DNA of 10,773 nucleotides from Oligoflexus sp. (GTDB taxonomy: Bacteria; Bdellovibrionota_B; Oligoflexia; Oligoflexales; Oligoflexaceae). Of the stretch, positions 1 through 7,522 are shown one piece after another. Location: assembly GCA_041736305.1 (NCBI GenBank), contig JBGSTX010000012.1, positions 1-10,773 of the forward strand, in the 5' to 3' direction. The position numbers and the translations under genes were made by a program. The notes below the pieces were generated by a model. The model ran no database searches. It had not been told where the DNA came from and was given only the letters and a program-made list of their open reading frames with translations. The number at the start of each line of letters is the position of its first letter. The first letter of the stretch is position 1.

Positions 1-1123
1 CAACCGCAGATTCAGCATAAGCGCCACCACTTAATTGGTTCCTACGCATATTCTCCTGAGCGCACGCGATCGCTTGCGGAGCCAGCTCTATTCCCCAAAC
101 TTTGATGCCTTTCGGCAGCAGCGACAGTGAAAAATTCCCACTGCCACAGTAAAGATCGAGAACCGTTTGCGCTTTAAGCTCAAGAACCTTAGCTAGAACC
201 CAGGCGCGCAGTTGCCGGTTGGCTTCGCGATTCACCTGCTGAAACTGACCTCCGAAAGTCAAGTAGGCGAGACCTTGATCGACTTCCCAGAGACGAGCTT
301 CATCGCCGGGTCGAACCCATAACAAGGCTTTCTTAGATGCGGTCGCTTCCGCAAACTGAGCCATTAGCTGTGGTCGCGGCAGATCTCCAGGTTCACCAAG
401 GAAAGTTGCCGTGACGCCAGCTGAAACTTCCTGCAGCTCAAGCTCATACCAAGCTTCCCGAGCGGGAGCGTTGAGCTTTAGCTTTTGCAAGTGGCCAAGA
501 ATCTCGTTGATGGGTTCAGCCGCAACGAAGCACCTTTCGATGGGGACGAGCTCGTGAGTTCCGCTTGCGTAATAACCCATTTCGAGGGAGCCATCAGCCA
601 AGAGGTGCAACTTGAGTTTGATACGATTGCGATAGCCCGCTTGAGCAGGAGAGGGGACCATCTGGATCTCAGTTAGGGAGAGATCAGCTTTGGCGATGCG
701 GGTTAGAGCTGCTTCGATAAAGGACTTCTTCCACGCAAGCTGGGTAGGGTAGGGCACCGCTAGCCACTGACAGCCTCCGCAGCGATCAGCATATTGGCAA
801 GGGTTTGTCTCAAGGTAAGGGGCGGGAATGATGCGTTCCAGAATTTTGGCGCGCGCAAAACGCTCCTTATCCGTGATGAGTTCGACCAACACTTCTTCGC
901 CGGGCAAAGCGTCTTTGATGAAGACAACCTTCCCCTCGTGTCGAGCGATACCGTCACCACCAAAAGCAACCGATTCTACCAGCAGTTTGAGTTTGCTCTT
1001 AGGGGTGGACTTTGGAGGCTGTTTTTCGGCTCGCGTTTGCGGACTTGGCCTTGCCTGCCGACCTGGATTTTGAGGCTTTGGGTGGGCGCTTTTCTTGATC
1101 TTCTTCTTTGTTTTTGACTTCAT
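1..1123 (-). CDS. rlmD: TRAM-domain RNA (uracil-5)-methyltransferase, RlmD/TrmA family (C-terminus beyond the left edge)
   Basis: Manual - strand translation: TRAM domain LKLLVESVAFGGDGIARHEGKVVFIKDALPGEEV; Fe-S motif PCQYADRCGGCQW plus a fourth Cys in ELVPIERC; GYRNRIKL; FQQVN; SAM motif VLDLYCGSGNFSL; GIELAPQAIACAQEN. The only in-frame ATG upstream of the TRAM domain (frame closed by TAG at 1178-1180) is at 1123, so the start is uncertain. Exact RNA target is inferred from family. Confidence 0.92.
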   Translation of the reverse strand, partial: MKSKTKKKIKKSAHPKPQNPGRQARPSPQTRAEKQPPKSTPKSKLKLLVESVAFGGDGIARHEGKVVFIKDALPGEEVLVELITDKERFARAKILERIIPAPYLETNPCQYADRCGGCQWLAVPYPTQLAWKKSFIEAALTRIAKADLSLTEIQMVPSPAQAGYRNRIKLKLHLLADGSLEMGYYASGTHELVPIERCFVAAEPINEILGHLQKLKLNAPAREAWYELELQEVSAGVTATFLGEPGDLPRPQLMAQFAEATASKKALLWVRPGDEARLWEVDQGLAYLTFGGQFQQVNREANRQLRAWVLAKVLELKAQTVLDLYCGSGNFSLSLLPKGIKVWGIELAPQAIACAQENMRRNQLSGGAYAESAV

Positions 1124-1391
1124 CGGTGTGCATGAGCTCGATCGTAATTTGTAATTTTCTATGCCGCATAAGCTCGGCTAATGGTTCTTTGAGGACAGCG
1201 GCCGTTGCCTGGCCAATTTCGCGGCAGATGACTTGCAGAAGTTCGTCGCGACCTTTGCCAGCCCAGGAGGCCAGGGCTCCTAAAAACTCTTTGGGTCCTG
1301 AAAAACCGGCGCCCTGAGACTCTCCCTCCCGAGCGGTCAATATAGTTCCGATCTGCTTCATCCAACGTTCGCGATAGCCGGCATCGCTCAT
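999..1391 (-). CDS. Hypothetical protein, 130 aa, helical core with Lys/Arg/Ser-rich tail
   Basis: ATG at 1391 with GGAG 7 nt upstream; amphipathic helical core (GKGRDELLQVICREIGQATAAVLKEPL); co-oriented with and overlapping the methyltransferase gene. Confidence 0.75.
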   Translation of the reverse strand: MSDAGYRERWMKQIGTILTAREGESQGAGFSGPKEFLGALASWAGKGRDELLQVICREIGQATAAVLKEPLAELMRHRKLQITIELMHTDEVKNKEEDQEKRPPKASKSRSAGKAKSANASRKTASKVHP

Positions 1392-1574
1392 GCTAAGTCT
1401 CCTTGGCCGATCACTTTCTCAGAGCTGGCCGCCTCAATCTAACGAAACTTCGGCTCCATTAGCAAGGAGCACTGGAATCTGGAGAATTATCAGCACGGAT
1501 AAGTTGAATCGGACAATTTTGACTGGTGTCACGGTATACTGTCTCTTTCACTTCCATAGCTGGGGAGGCACATT

Positions 1575-2885
1575 TTGATTAATCGCTTCAGCCGCAGACC
1601 TTATATGGCCATTCTTTTAGTACAAGCACTGAGTTTTATCGCCGGAGCTTGCCGCACGAATGATGGCAGTGACGTCGAGCGGGTAAGATACCAAGACCCC
1701 AAGCCTGAGGAGGGGCAAACGATTACCGAAGCCCGCGTCCTTTCTCTGAATCAGTGGGCAAAGGACCTTTTGGGTGCCAGCAAGGATATAGATGATTTTC
1801 AAAGGCTCGCCGACGATTATTTCGCCAAGATAGGGGTTACCGACGCTGATAAGCTTTCGAGCTATACGCTGAGTCTCCGGCCAGGTAGCGAGTGTTTTCA
1901 CGATGGTCGCGATCACAAAGATATTTGGTGGAACGATCACCGCGATCAGATTCGTGCCCAAGTGGAAAGCGCGGCCCAGTTCATCTTCGAATTCCATAAG
2001 GCGATGGTGGGCAAGAACGTAGGACCCTTCTCTATTCGGGAACTTGAAATTTGTCCGCAATCGGTCGTGAAGCGCGAGCTGAACCTTGTCGGCCAAAAGC
2101 TTGTTATCGGTGTTCCCTTCAATTCTGTGCGGGGCGGTTATCAAGTCATTACTTCAGATCAACTCCTACAACGCTGGCGTCGCGGCGATCACTTAGTTGA
2201 AGAAAAAAAGGCCTTCACCAATGTTTTCACACGAAACAAGCTGACGAAGATATGGATGATCTTCGACCCTATCGGCACTCTGCGCAACGGCCTTCGTCAG
2301 TCGATCGCTAGCAATGGCCAGACAGTGCTCAGGCGCTTGGATACGGTGGGCCCTAATCCCGAGCTTGGGAATCTCAAAAACGGCGTCATTGACACTGTCG
2401 TTGATAAGAAGCGGCTCAAGATAGCGACTGATGCCAATCTAGATAAACTTGCCCAGCAGGGGCGTCTACCGCTGATGCTAGAGAACTGGCGCTGCCTAGT
2501 CGCCAGCCTCCGCATGGCTGATGATCTTTCTCTAGGTGCAATAGGGACTCTCGATAAGGCGATGCGGCAGGACAAAAACAAAGTTAATGTAGATATCAAA
2601 GCAGGACTCGTAGCCGTCGGTAACTATCATCAAATAGGAGTCACTTTCGGAGTCGCCGATGGCGTCTATTCTGAATATCTAGAGAAGCCGGAAGTAAATT
2701 CTAGTGATAACGAGATCAATGTCAAAGTCCAAGCGGGTCTGGTGTCCGTCTTCACTATCGATGATGTCAAAGTTGATGTGGCTATCAATCTAGCCAAGCT
2801 TATGGCCAATCGCAGTCTAGAAACTGCGAGCTTTGATGTGGCGGTGCAAGCGGCGCTTTCCAATCAAAACATCTGCAAAAAATAG
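1575..2885 (+). CDS. Putative lipoprotein of unknown function, 436 aa
   Basis: GGAGG at 1564-1568, 6 nt before TTG 1575; basic n-region, hydrophobic h-region and lipobox-like IAGA-C26; long ORF; no catalytic motif recognised. Confidence 0.85.
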   Translation: MINRFSRRPYMAILLVQALSFIAGACRTNDGSDVERVRYQDPKPEEGQTITEARVLSLNQWAKDLLGASKDIDDFQRLADDYFAKIGVTDADKLSSYTLSLRPGSECFHDGRDHKDIWWNDHRDQIRAQVESAAQFIFEFHKAMVGKNVGPFSIRELEICPQSVVKRELNLVGQKLVIGVPFNSVRGGYQVITSDQLLQRWRRGDHLVEEKKAFTNVFTRNKLTKIWMIFDPIGTLRNGLRQSIASNGQTVLRRLDTVGPNPELGNLKNGVIDTVVDKKRLKIATDANLDKLAQQGRLPLMLENWRCLVASLRMADDLSLGAIGTLDKAMRQDKNKVNVDIKAGLVAVGNYHQIGVTFGVADGVYSEYLEKPEVNSSDNEINVKVQAGLVSVFTIDDVKVDVAINLAKLMANRSLETASFDVAVQAALSNQNICKK

Positions 2886-2892
2886 ATTTTCT

Positions 2893-2920
2893 CAGGAGGG
2901 ATCCACTGCAGGCCCTCCTG
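2893..2920. repeat. Inverted repeat / hairpin just after the lipoprotein stop codon
   Basis: CAGGAGGG (2893-2900) and CCCTCCTG (2913-2920), perfect 8-bp stem with 12-nt loop; no U-tract, so terminator function is uncertain. Confidence 0.55.
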
Positions 2921-2991
2921 TCGAACTGCTTGGCATTGCAAGACCCCTCTACAAAACCCCATTTTCATGCTTGAGTTTCAAAGGCTTAGAC

Positions 2992-3023
2992 AAACTTACT
3001 TCTCTTGTGGCTTAGGTAAGTTT
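2992..3023. promoter_or_regulatory. Dyad, candidate enhancer (UAS) for a sigma54 activator
   Basis: AAACTTAC (2992-2999) N16 GTAAGTTT (3016-3023), perfect inverted repeat ending ~55 nt upstream of the -24 element. Confidence 0.4.
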
Positions 3024-3078
3024 CGAGTAGGCCTGCCGCCCTTTTCACTAAAGAAAAGCTATTTCAGATACTTATGTC

Positions 3079-3094
3079 TGGCTCTACTTTTGCA
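3079..3094 (+). promoter_or_regulatory. Sigma54 (-24/-12) promoter for the subtilase gene
   Basis: TGGCTCTACTTTTGCA: TGGC-N7-TTGCA with exact GG-N10-GC spacing, 60 nt upstream of ATG 3154; IHF-like TTTCAG-ATAC-TTA at 3062-3074 and TTTCAA-AGGC-TTA at 2976-2988. Confidence 0.65.
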
Positions 3095-3153
3095 AGAAGC
3101 TAGGAGAATGTAACTGTTGATGTGGCTGACTCTTTTATTCCTCTAGGTGGCTC

Positions 3154-5259
3154 ATGGTGGTTCTAAGAACAGTGGCAGGTGTTTCTCTAAGCGGACTTGT
3201 TCTGCTCATGATAGGCAAAACCTGCTTATCCTCTGATTTTATAGCGACGCCAGCAAACCTTAGCTCGAATCAGAGCCCGTCCGAGACTTTAGATTCCAAG
3301 CAATCTAGCCCCACTACGGCTCCCAGCGTAAATTCTCTCGCAAAAGCCCGCGAAGCCCAGCCAAGCGAAAGCTATGCGGAGGCTTTCTACCGCGGCTTAG
3401 CCCAGCTTCCTATACTTGAGCAAAGGCACTCTTCCGAAGGGCCTGTCGCGTTTCGCGAAGACTTGCTTTATAAGCCCGACTATCGATATCCTTCGCTGGT
3501 TCGCCGCTACTACGAAGATGGCCAGGGGAATTATCGTGAAGGTAAAACCCGATTTACTGAAGTTCAGGTGGCAAACCAGTTCCTCGTTCAGATGAAATGG
3601 CCCAGAAAGAAGATGCTTCGCCCCTCTGATTTGCCTGAAGCGTTAAGGGCGAGAGTCGATGAGATTTTTCAGGTCGGTAAACAGACTTTAATAGCAAAGT
3701 TTCATTTTGACAAACTCCATGAACGCGAAGAGATTCGCCAGCTGCTAGCCGATCTTCCTGAAGTTTCTGGTGTTTTCAACGATAGCTTCAGCTTTCTTAC
3801 TGGGACCGCTAACGATGAACACCTAGCCAAGCAGTGGCATCTCGAGAACGATGGCGTGAACTATCGGCAAAGTCCTACCGTGTATGAAGCAGGAGTGGAC
3901 GCAAAGGTGGCAGAAGCTTGGGACTACGCCACCGACTGCAGAAATATTCCTATCGCGGTTTTAGATACTGGTGTCGACTTCGATCATCCCGACCTTCAGC
4001 CGAATATTCTGATGAACGAAGGACGGTCTTTCATTGCCGGTTTGGAGAGTTTTCGAGACGATCATTATCATGGGACTCATGTAGCAGGCATCATTGCTGC
4101 TGCCAGCAATGAAAGCGGAATAGCCGGAGTGTGCTGGAAGGCTAAGATTATACCAGTCAAGGTCATGGACTCGGTCGGAGCTGGCTCTTACAGCGAAGTG
4201 GTTGCAGCCCTGAACTATGTGACCCGTAGCAGCGCACGGATTGCCAATGCTTCCTTAGCTATGGGACCTCTTCCTAATGCAGTACTATCGCCTAACGAAC
4301 CTATAGTCGTCGCCATCAGAGAGTTGGAAAAGGCAGGAAAAATTCTTTTTGCTGCCGCGGGAAATGATGCGGTCTCGATCGATAATGTTCTCTATCTACC
4401 AACTAAAATAGAATCTGACGCTATTATCGCCGTCGGCTCGACAACTCCCTCAGGGATCCTGTCCCCCTTCTCAAATTTCGGTACTGAAGTCGATATAAGC
4501 GGTCCTGGCTCAGAAATACTCTCAACCGTCCCCACTTCCGGAATTTTTCCGCAAGCCAGCCTAGTCAGGGATAATGGAAATCCAGTTTCAGGCTACGGCT
4601 ACCTGAGCGGTACCTCGATGGCTACACCATTGGTAGCTGGTATCGCCGCTCTCTTCTGGAGCCAGGTACCGCTGCTTCCAGCCAAGGAAGTGAGGCGTTA
4701 CCTGCTCGAGCAAAGTACTATTTCCCCAGTCGATCTGCGCATCAAAGGCAACCTCATGGTCAATGCCGCTAAGCTCTTAAAAGGGACCGAGTTTGAATTC
4801 GACCTGATACCGCAAGGGGAAGTAGGTGATTTGCTGCCAGGAAAAGATCTGAAGTTTTCACTTAAGATCAGGAAAGAAGGCTTTTTCGGGCTTAAGAAGA
4901 TCGAACTCATCAACCGTGGCGAACGCATAGCCGAAGTCTTGGCTCCAGAAACTTCCTTTTCGTTTAAAGTGCCGAGTGACCCTGAACTCTCATTGATCAT
5001 CAGGGTCCAGGATACTGCTGGGCGCTACTTTGATTCCAACCCATTCCTCATGCAGGCGGGCGCTGGCAGTTTCGACTTCCAAAAGCTGCGGCTCAATTCT
5101 AGTGGTGACGTCCGTTGCAAAGTCGGGCTAACTGCAAATAATAATTACGTCAAGATTCATGAAGAGGCCTTTGACAGTGCGAAGAGCTGTAAGAAATTTT
5201 GTGATATCATCAAGCCCCTGCTAGGGGCACAGTCGAATTCCATTTTGTGTGGTCCCTGA
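3154..5259 (+). CDS. Secreted S8 family (subtilisin-like) serine protease, 701 aa, with N-terminal pro-region and C-terminal beta-rich and Cys-rich extensions
   Basis: Catalytic triad Asp271 (AVLDTG), His306 (HGTHVAG), Ser488 (SGTSMATP); oxyanion Asn404 (AAAGN); N-terminal hydrophobic segment; ND...QWHL at the start of the mature domain. Confidence 0.96.
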   Translation: MVVLRTVAGVSLSGLVLLMIGKTCLSSDFIATPANLSSNQSPSETLDSKQSSPTTAPSVNSLAKAREAQPSESYAEAFYRGLAQLPILEQRHSSEGPVAFREDLLYKPDYRYPSLVRRYYEDGQGNYREGKTRFTEVQVANQFLVQMKWPRKKMLRPSDLPEALRARVDEIFQVGKQTLIAKFHFDKLHEREEIRQLLADLPEVSGVFNDSFSFLTGTANDEHLAKQWHLENDGVNYRQSPTVYEAGVDAKVAEAWDYATDCRNIPIAVLDTGVDFDHPDLQPNILMNEGRSFIAGLESFRDDHYHGTHVAGIIAAASNESGIAGVCWKAKIIPVKVMDSVGAGSYSEVVAALNYVTRSSARIANASLAMGPLPNAVLSPNEPIVVAIRELEKAGKILFAAAGNDAVSIDNVLYLPTKIESDAIIAVGSTTPSGILSPFSNFGTEVDISGPGSEILSTVPTSGIFPQASLVRDNGNPVSGYGYLSGTSMATPLVAGIAALFWSQVPLLPAKEVRRYLLEQSTISPVDLRIKGNLMVNAAKLLKGTEFEFDLIPQGEVGDLLPGKDLKFSLKIRKEGFFGLKKIELINRGERIAEVLAPETSFSFKVPSDPELSLIIRVQDTAGRYFDSNPFLMQAGAGSFDFQKLRLNSSGDVRCKVGLTANNNYVKIHEEAFDSAKSCKKFCDIIKPLLGAQSNSILCGP

Positions 5260-5300
5260 TCTCTAATTCTGAGCTGTTGTACCTTGCGGAGAAAATTGCG

Positions 5301-5771
5301 ATGAAGTTCCTAAATTCCATGCTGCTACTGGCTTTCTATTTCTTCTTGAGTGCTTGTTCTGAAGGACCTAATTACGACGGGAAAGCGTATCAAAGCCCCC
5401 CTTCGGACTCTCATCTCCTCGAAGCCTTCGAGGCCAGCTTTCAGGAAACTATCGGTCAGTTTCAGCAAGAAACCAGCAGCGAGGAGATCGCTGCTTTGAT
5501 TTTTGCTTCGCAAATGGATTTGCAAACTTCTCTGAGCGAAGCGGATTCGCTACTCGAAGACACGGGACGCTGCGTTCTCCGCGCCTCTGAGGATCTCCAA
5601 GGGGTCTCTGCGAATGCTGAACTAAAACGTAGCGACTCGGGGCTTGTCTATTACTCCGATCTCCTTAGAAAATCGGATGCTTGTCTAAGCTTTTTCAAAG
5701 CGCGCTTTGGGGACGCCTGGGCCAAAAATTCGGGTCGAGTTGCTGTGAGTTTCTTCAGCTATACGCTTTGA
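5301..5771 (+). CDS. Small lipoprotein of unknown function, 156 aa
   Basis: Start revised from 5247 to ATG 5301 (GGAG at 5288-5291); MKFLNSMLLLAFYFF-LSA-C19 is a canonical lipoprotein signal; 41 nt downstream of the protease stop, probably co-transcribed. Confidence 0.85.
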   Translation: MKFLNSMLLLAFYFFLSACSEGPNYDGKAYQSPPSDSHLLEAFEASFQETIGQFQQETSSEEIAALIFASQMDLQTSLSEADSLLEDTGRCVLRASEDLQGVSANAELKRSDSGLVYYSDLLRKSDACLSFFKARFGDAWAKNSGRVAVSFFSYTL

Positions 5772-5776
5772 GGAAT

Positions 5777-6472
5777 TCAGTTGAGCTGGCCTTCCCAAGG
5801 GCCGCGCGTATCCTGCCCAATCGAGCCGCCCATACCCCATTGGCCGCTGAAACTCCGCTGATCACCGGCGAGGGTAAACCGGAACCAACCGATGCTACCA
5901 TTCTCAAAGCGCCACAATCCTTGAGCCGTCTTGCCCTGATCGAGGTACTGAATCTGATACAGGTAACCCGATTGACCGTTGTCGAGGCGGTACCAACCAT
6001 TTTGAGCTTCTAAACTTGTAGTTCCCCACGTCCAGCCGCCCCCACTTTTATACTTAGAACGAAAAGTCTTACTGCTCCAGGGTGAAGTCGCGCCGGAGAG
6101 TTGAACCCAAAAGCTCGCATAGAGACCGTGCTGACTGCGCACTTCAACCTCGTTGCTACCTCCACTAGCGGAGTTTACCGCCTGGTAGAAGGCTGGGATC
6201 GACGAGGTGGGAACTCCTGCAACCTTCGTGATCTCATCGCCGACCTTTATGCCCGCACTTGCGAATGGACTGCCAGGCTGGAGAATCTGAACTCGGACGC
6301 CTCCGTAGCTACCATCGCTGACGACCACGCCCCCGCGGTCTTGACCTTGGCTCAGGTCAGGCACCAGATTGGCAAAACCCTGAGCGAAAGTGCGGGGGGC
6401 AGCTAGTGAACTGAGGCTGATGAAGATGAGAGCTGCGTAGGACTTGAATTTTCTCTTAAGTGAGATTTGCAT
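5777..6472 (-). CDS. Secreted PDZ-domain protein with C-terminal Trp/Gly-rich beta domain, 231 aa
   Basis: Signal peptide (MQISLKRKFK...LAAPRTFA); PDZ signature GGVRVQILQPGSPFASAGIKVGDEITKVAG; AAGGA upstream of the ATG; starts 12 nt after the TPR gene stop. Confidence 0.88.
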   Translation of the reverse strand: MQISLKRKFKSYAALIFISLSSLAAPRTFAQGFANLVPDLSQGQDRGGVVVSDGSYGGVRVQILQPGSPFASAGIKVGDEITKVAGVPTSSIPAFYQAVNSASGGSNEVEVRSQHGLYASFWVQLSGATSPWSSKTFRSKYKSGGGWTWGTTSLEAQNGWYRLDNGQSGYLYQIQYLDQGKTAQGLWRFENGSIGWFRFTLAGDQRSFSGQWGMGGSIGQDTRGPWEGQLN

Positions 6473-6484
6473 TTTTTAGCATCC

Positions 6485-7432
6485 TTAAGACTTGTGTCGC
6501 TGTTTGAGATCGACAATTATTTTTTCGTGTTGCGGGTTACCTTGGGTTTGAGCGCTGAGTTCCTGAAAGAGATCTTGCAACTCGTCGCGCCGTTCGAGTG
6601 CGGCTAGAATTTGCACTTTTTTGACGAGAGTGAAAAATTCTTTCTTTTCGCCGCTTTGCTGGTCGAGGGCGCGATCGATCAAGCTCAGGGCGCGTTCGTA
6701 GGAGCCTTTTTCAAATGAAAGTTGAGCGGCATCTTCATAAAGTCCTGCTTGCTCCTCAGGAGCGGCTTGTACGGCCTGCTCGATTTGTTCAAAGGCTCGG
6801 TCTTTTTCCCCCAGCGAGAGGTAGGCCTGAGCCAGTGGATACTTCAGATCCTCGCCGTTAGCGCCTTCTAGGGCCGCAAACTTATTGAGCGTTTCGACTT
6901 GCTCGTCATGCGAGGTTTTACTGCTCATAATTGCATGCAGCGCCTCATGAGCAAAGATCGGATTAGTCCTGTCCGCAGCCATGGCTTCGAATAGATAGGG
7001 AAGCGCAGCTTCCGGATTCTGCAGCCTTCTCCCTTCGAGCAGCGCTATTTGGAAAAGAGTATCAGGGTCGCCGGGATGTTCGTGCAGATATTTCTTCAGG
7101 GCGTCTCGTGCAGCCTGAGGATCGGCTTCGAGGCCACGCGTCACCTCGACTAGAGCCATGCTTCGCACTGCTCCAGCGGTAGAATGCGAGGGCTCCTCCT
7201 GTGCTCGCGGCTTATCCCTAAGGACAGCTTTTGGAGTCTCAGGCGTCTTGTCCTGAACAGATTCAGCCCAAGACGGCAAAGTAAGCGCAAAGCCCGATTT
7301 CTTCTCCAAGCTTGTGAAGACAATAAAACTGAGACCAGTGAGTGAACACAGGAGCAGTCCTGAACCAAGTATCCCATGGAGAAAAACTTTCTTAGGGGCT
7401 GCAGAAGTTCTTTTCGATGAAATTCGTTTCAT
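6485..7432 (-). CDS. Membrane-anchored tetratricopeptide repeat (TPR) protein, 315 aa
   Basis: Basic N-terminus then one hydrophobic segment (about aa 16-42), a linker, then TPR-like motifs: KKYLHEHPGDPDTLFQIALL, YPLAQAYLSLGEKDRAFEQIEQAVQAAPE, YEDAAQLSFEKGSYERALSLIDRAL; GGAG upstream. Confidence 0.88.
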   Translation of the reverse strand: MKRISSKRTSAAPKKVFLHGILGSGLLLCSLTGLSFIVFTSLEKKSGFALTLPSWAESVQDKTPETPKAVLRDKPRAQEEPSHSTAGAVRSMALVEVTRGLEADPQAARDALKKYLHEHPGDPDTLFQIALLEGRRLQNPEAALPYLFEAMAADRTNPIFAHEALHAIMSSKTSHDEQVETLNKFAALEGANGEDLKYPLAQAYLSLGEKDRAFEQIEQAVQAAPEEQAGLYEDAAQLSFEKGSYERALSLIDRALDQQSGEKKEFFTLVKKVQILAALERRDELQDLFQELSAQTQGNPQHEKIIVDLKQRHKS

Positions 7433-7467
7433 AATCTACCAGCTCCAAGAGCGATATTTTGATGAGG

Positions 7468-7501
7468 GAGGCTCAGCCGCCTCAAGGGCAGCTGAGCTCT
7501 C
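7468..7501 (-). other. Intercistronic GC-rich RNA hairpin
   Basis: On the - strand GCTCAGCTGCC-CTTGA-GGCGGCTGAGC forms an 11-bp stem with one G-U pair, extendable by GAG/CTC; no U-tract follows. Confidence 0.65.
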
Positions 7502-7522
7502 TTGAATTCGAACTACGCGATC

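Noticed and set aside
485-1365. Short ORFs 485-676, 760-969, 794-1117, 828-1073, 1108-1317, 1159-1365
   Set aside because: Antisense or alternate-frame shadows of rlmD and the 130-aa gene; no motifs.
1390-1578. 62-aa ORF and imperfect palindrome ACGGTATACTGT (1531-1542) in the divergent intergenic region
   Set aside because: The ORF spans a promoter region without supporting features; TATACT lacks a properly spaced -35, so neither is supported.
1617-3015. ORFs 1617-2144, 2297-2599, 2666-2863 (-) and 2833-3015 (+)
   Set aside because: Shadows of the 436-aa lipoprotein gene or overlapping regulatory DNA.
3102-3146. AGGAG-A-ATG-TAA start-stop and 8-codon MWLTLLFL uORF before the protease
   Set aside because: Shine-Dalgarno spacing is wrong for the ATG-TAA (1 nt) and the AGGAG overlaps the predicted TSS; the uORF is too short to support.
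5247-5300. GTG-started extension of the lipoprotein, or frameshift/readthrough fusion with the protease
   Set aside because: ATG 5301 has its own RBS and an intact lipoprotein signal; no slippery site or recoding signal is evident.
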